Below, one piece after another: positions 62,485-64,000 of a stretch of 64,000 nt of DNA (position 1 is its first letter; the number at the start of each line of letters is the position of its first letter). Made by a program: the position numbers and the translations under genes. The DNA is from Octopus sinensis. Taxonomy: Eukaryota. The stretch covers positions 18,538,001-18,602,000 of the forward strand of contig NC_043024.1 of NCBI RefSeq assembly GCF_006345805.1, given 5' to 3'. The notes under the pieces were generated by a model. The model had not been told where the DNA came from, ran no database searches, and was given only the letters and a program-made list of their open reading frames with translations.

Positions 62485-63085
62485 TGTAGTGATCCTATAC
62501 AACAGCGCGCGCGCGCAACGCCCTCTCGCGAATACACGAAGTCCGAAAGAGGGAATTTTGCTGACGTGGCCTTAGCTGACAGCCTTGCTGACGTGGCCTT
62601 AGCAAGGGAGCGCGAGCCTTAACAAAGAGGCAAGGGAGCGTGAGCCTTAACAAAGAGGCAAGGGAGCGTAAAGCGTTGACCATTAGCGTCCGACAGACAG
62701 CAGCAGGCATTTCACCAAAGCAGACGTTTAATTCGCTCTCTCTCCGGTTTTGATAGCAGCAGTCTTTTGGCCGAAGACATTTAACCTGAATTGTTGCAGA
62801 CATCATCTTCTTCCTCCGGACGCCATTTTGACCCGTTCTGTTTTTTAGCGGCTGAACATTGTAAATATTACAATCGATTAACTTTCAGCCTTGCGCGCCC
62901 AGAACCAAGGACATCAGATATACCACTGATTTCTCACCGGTATAAACCAATAAAGTATATCTATTTTTTACGTCTGCGTTTTGTGTTTCTTTGACTGGTA
63001 GAGTCTGGATATAAAAGCAACGGAAAGTGATTGCACCAACTTGCACCCCAAAAGTGCAAGAGGAGATATTCACATATTCCTTACA
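62485..63085 (+). mobile_element. Solo LTR (601 bp)
   Basis: TGTA...TACA termini; TSD GGCT at 62481-62484 and 63086-63089; internal direct repeats; AATAAA at ~62948 followed by a GT-rich tract. Orientation inferred from the polyA signal. Confidence 0.75.
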
Positions 63086-63174
63086 GGCTTATATTTTATA
63101 TTAACTTACATTTATATGTTTCAGGTCCTACATGTGATTGTTTAATTGTGCCACATAGTTTCAATTGTGCCACA

Positions 63175-63570
63175 TGCCTTGAAACTATCCAAATTTCAAA
63201 GAGGCCGTATTTTGGGTCAATCTTCAGATTGACCCACAATATGGTGGACTTAATGTAAAATCGCAGAAAGCCTTGGGATCCTGCTTTCTACAGTTAATAG
63301 AGTGACTGTGCAATTCACCAGAAAGGGGAAGGAGTTCACATCACCCCAGTTAGGTCGACCAGGGCCCTCCGACAGGATCCTTTGCTTTGTTGAGAGAAAT
63401 GTGGAGGATAGTCCTCATTGCAAGGCCTCTCTGACAAGGCAGAACAAGTTGATGTCTGTCCCAGAACAGCTGTCAAGGATCTCCACAAACTTGGCTACTC
63501 TAGCAGAGCAGCAAGAAGGAAGCCACTTCTTCAACCATCCAATATTCCCGCACAAAGAACTTATGGGTGT
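63175..63570 (+). mobile_element. Tc1-type transposase N-terminal (HTH) relic
   Basis: LSKFQRGRILG...[24 protein letters not shown]...GRPGPSDR...[26 protein letters not shown]. Confidence 0.75.
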
Positions 63571-63689
63571 ATTCCACAATTTGAACTGTTGCATCCACTC
63601 TGTGCCAAACAAATTTACTGTACTTTTTAGCACATATACTTTTGCCGTTTCATTTGGACCCAAACTGTTACAATACACACAAATTCCCT

Positions 63690-63895
63690 AACAAAATATA
63701 ATCTTTTACCCATAAACACCATCTGGTACTTTTGTAGATTTACTGAATTTTGGCTTATCGATATTCTTCCAAGTTTCTTCATTCACAATGGTAATATCAC
63801 TTCCAATGTTGAACTGCATTTTTACTCTTATATTTTTAATTTTCACATTTACGAATTTCCTCTTTGTCACATTGCCATTTTCTTTCGACGACATC
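63690..63895 (-). mobile_element. Gypsy-type aspartic protease relic
   Basis: FVNVKIKNIRVKMQFNIGSDITIVNEETWKNIDKPK resembles the DTGS protease motif, mutated to NIGS. Confidence 0.65.
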
Positions 63896-63902
63896 TTTAC
63901 TC

Positions 63903-64000
63903 TTTTTTCTTTGTTCCAACGTTTACTCTTTTACTTGTTTCAGTCATTTGACTGTGGCCATACTGGAGCACCGCATTTTAATCGACAACTCGACCCCGGG
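63903..64000 (-). mobile_element. SINE-A 3' end (truncated by the window edge)
   Basis: TACTCTTTTACTTGTTTCAGTCATTTGACTGTGGCCA... Confidence 0.85.

Noticed and set aside
62495-62830. GC-rich segment as a host gene promoter or first exon (ORF 62495..62806)
   Set aside because: It lies within a TG...CA element with a 4-bp TSD, so a solo LTR explains it better.

Overview
This is an AT-rich eukaryotic window made almost entirely of repeats, with no host protein-coding gene I can support. The tRNA-headed SINE families and microsatellite load look like an octopod (Octopus-type) genome; this is inferred from repeat content only. I use working labels SINE-A, B, C, G and element D. Mobile content: two decayed Penelope-like elements (PLEs) on the minus strand (~20.8-24.2 kb and ~6.7-10.9 kb), fragments of CR1-, RTE- and RTE-X-type LINEs, a Merlin transposase relic, two Tc1 relics, a Gypsy protease relic, a solo LTR with a 4-bp TSD, Helitron/Helentron-type non-autonomous elements, mariner-type MITEs, and dozens of SINE copies. 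Nearly all ORFs in the supplied track are microsatellite or SINE artefacts. Best signal: three type I hammerhead-ribozyme folds with palindromic helix III, each in a (TA)n-flanked, PLE-associated module. Their core 3-8 pair takes three different Watson-Crick states: C-G at 50148-50245 (minus), G-C at 49634-49688 (plus) and U-A at 20921-20959 (minus). The canonical one sits in the loop of a 114-bp inverted repeat bounded by 37-bp direct repeats. Second theme: three unrelated SINE families form head-to-tail arrays of ~157-186 bp units, several inside a single target-site duplication (TSD), and two SINE insertions are flanked by ~105-114 bp duplications. All structures were read by eye; coordinates of degenerate repeats are approximate.
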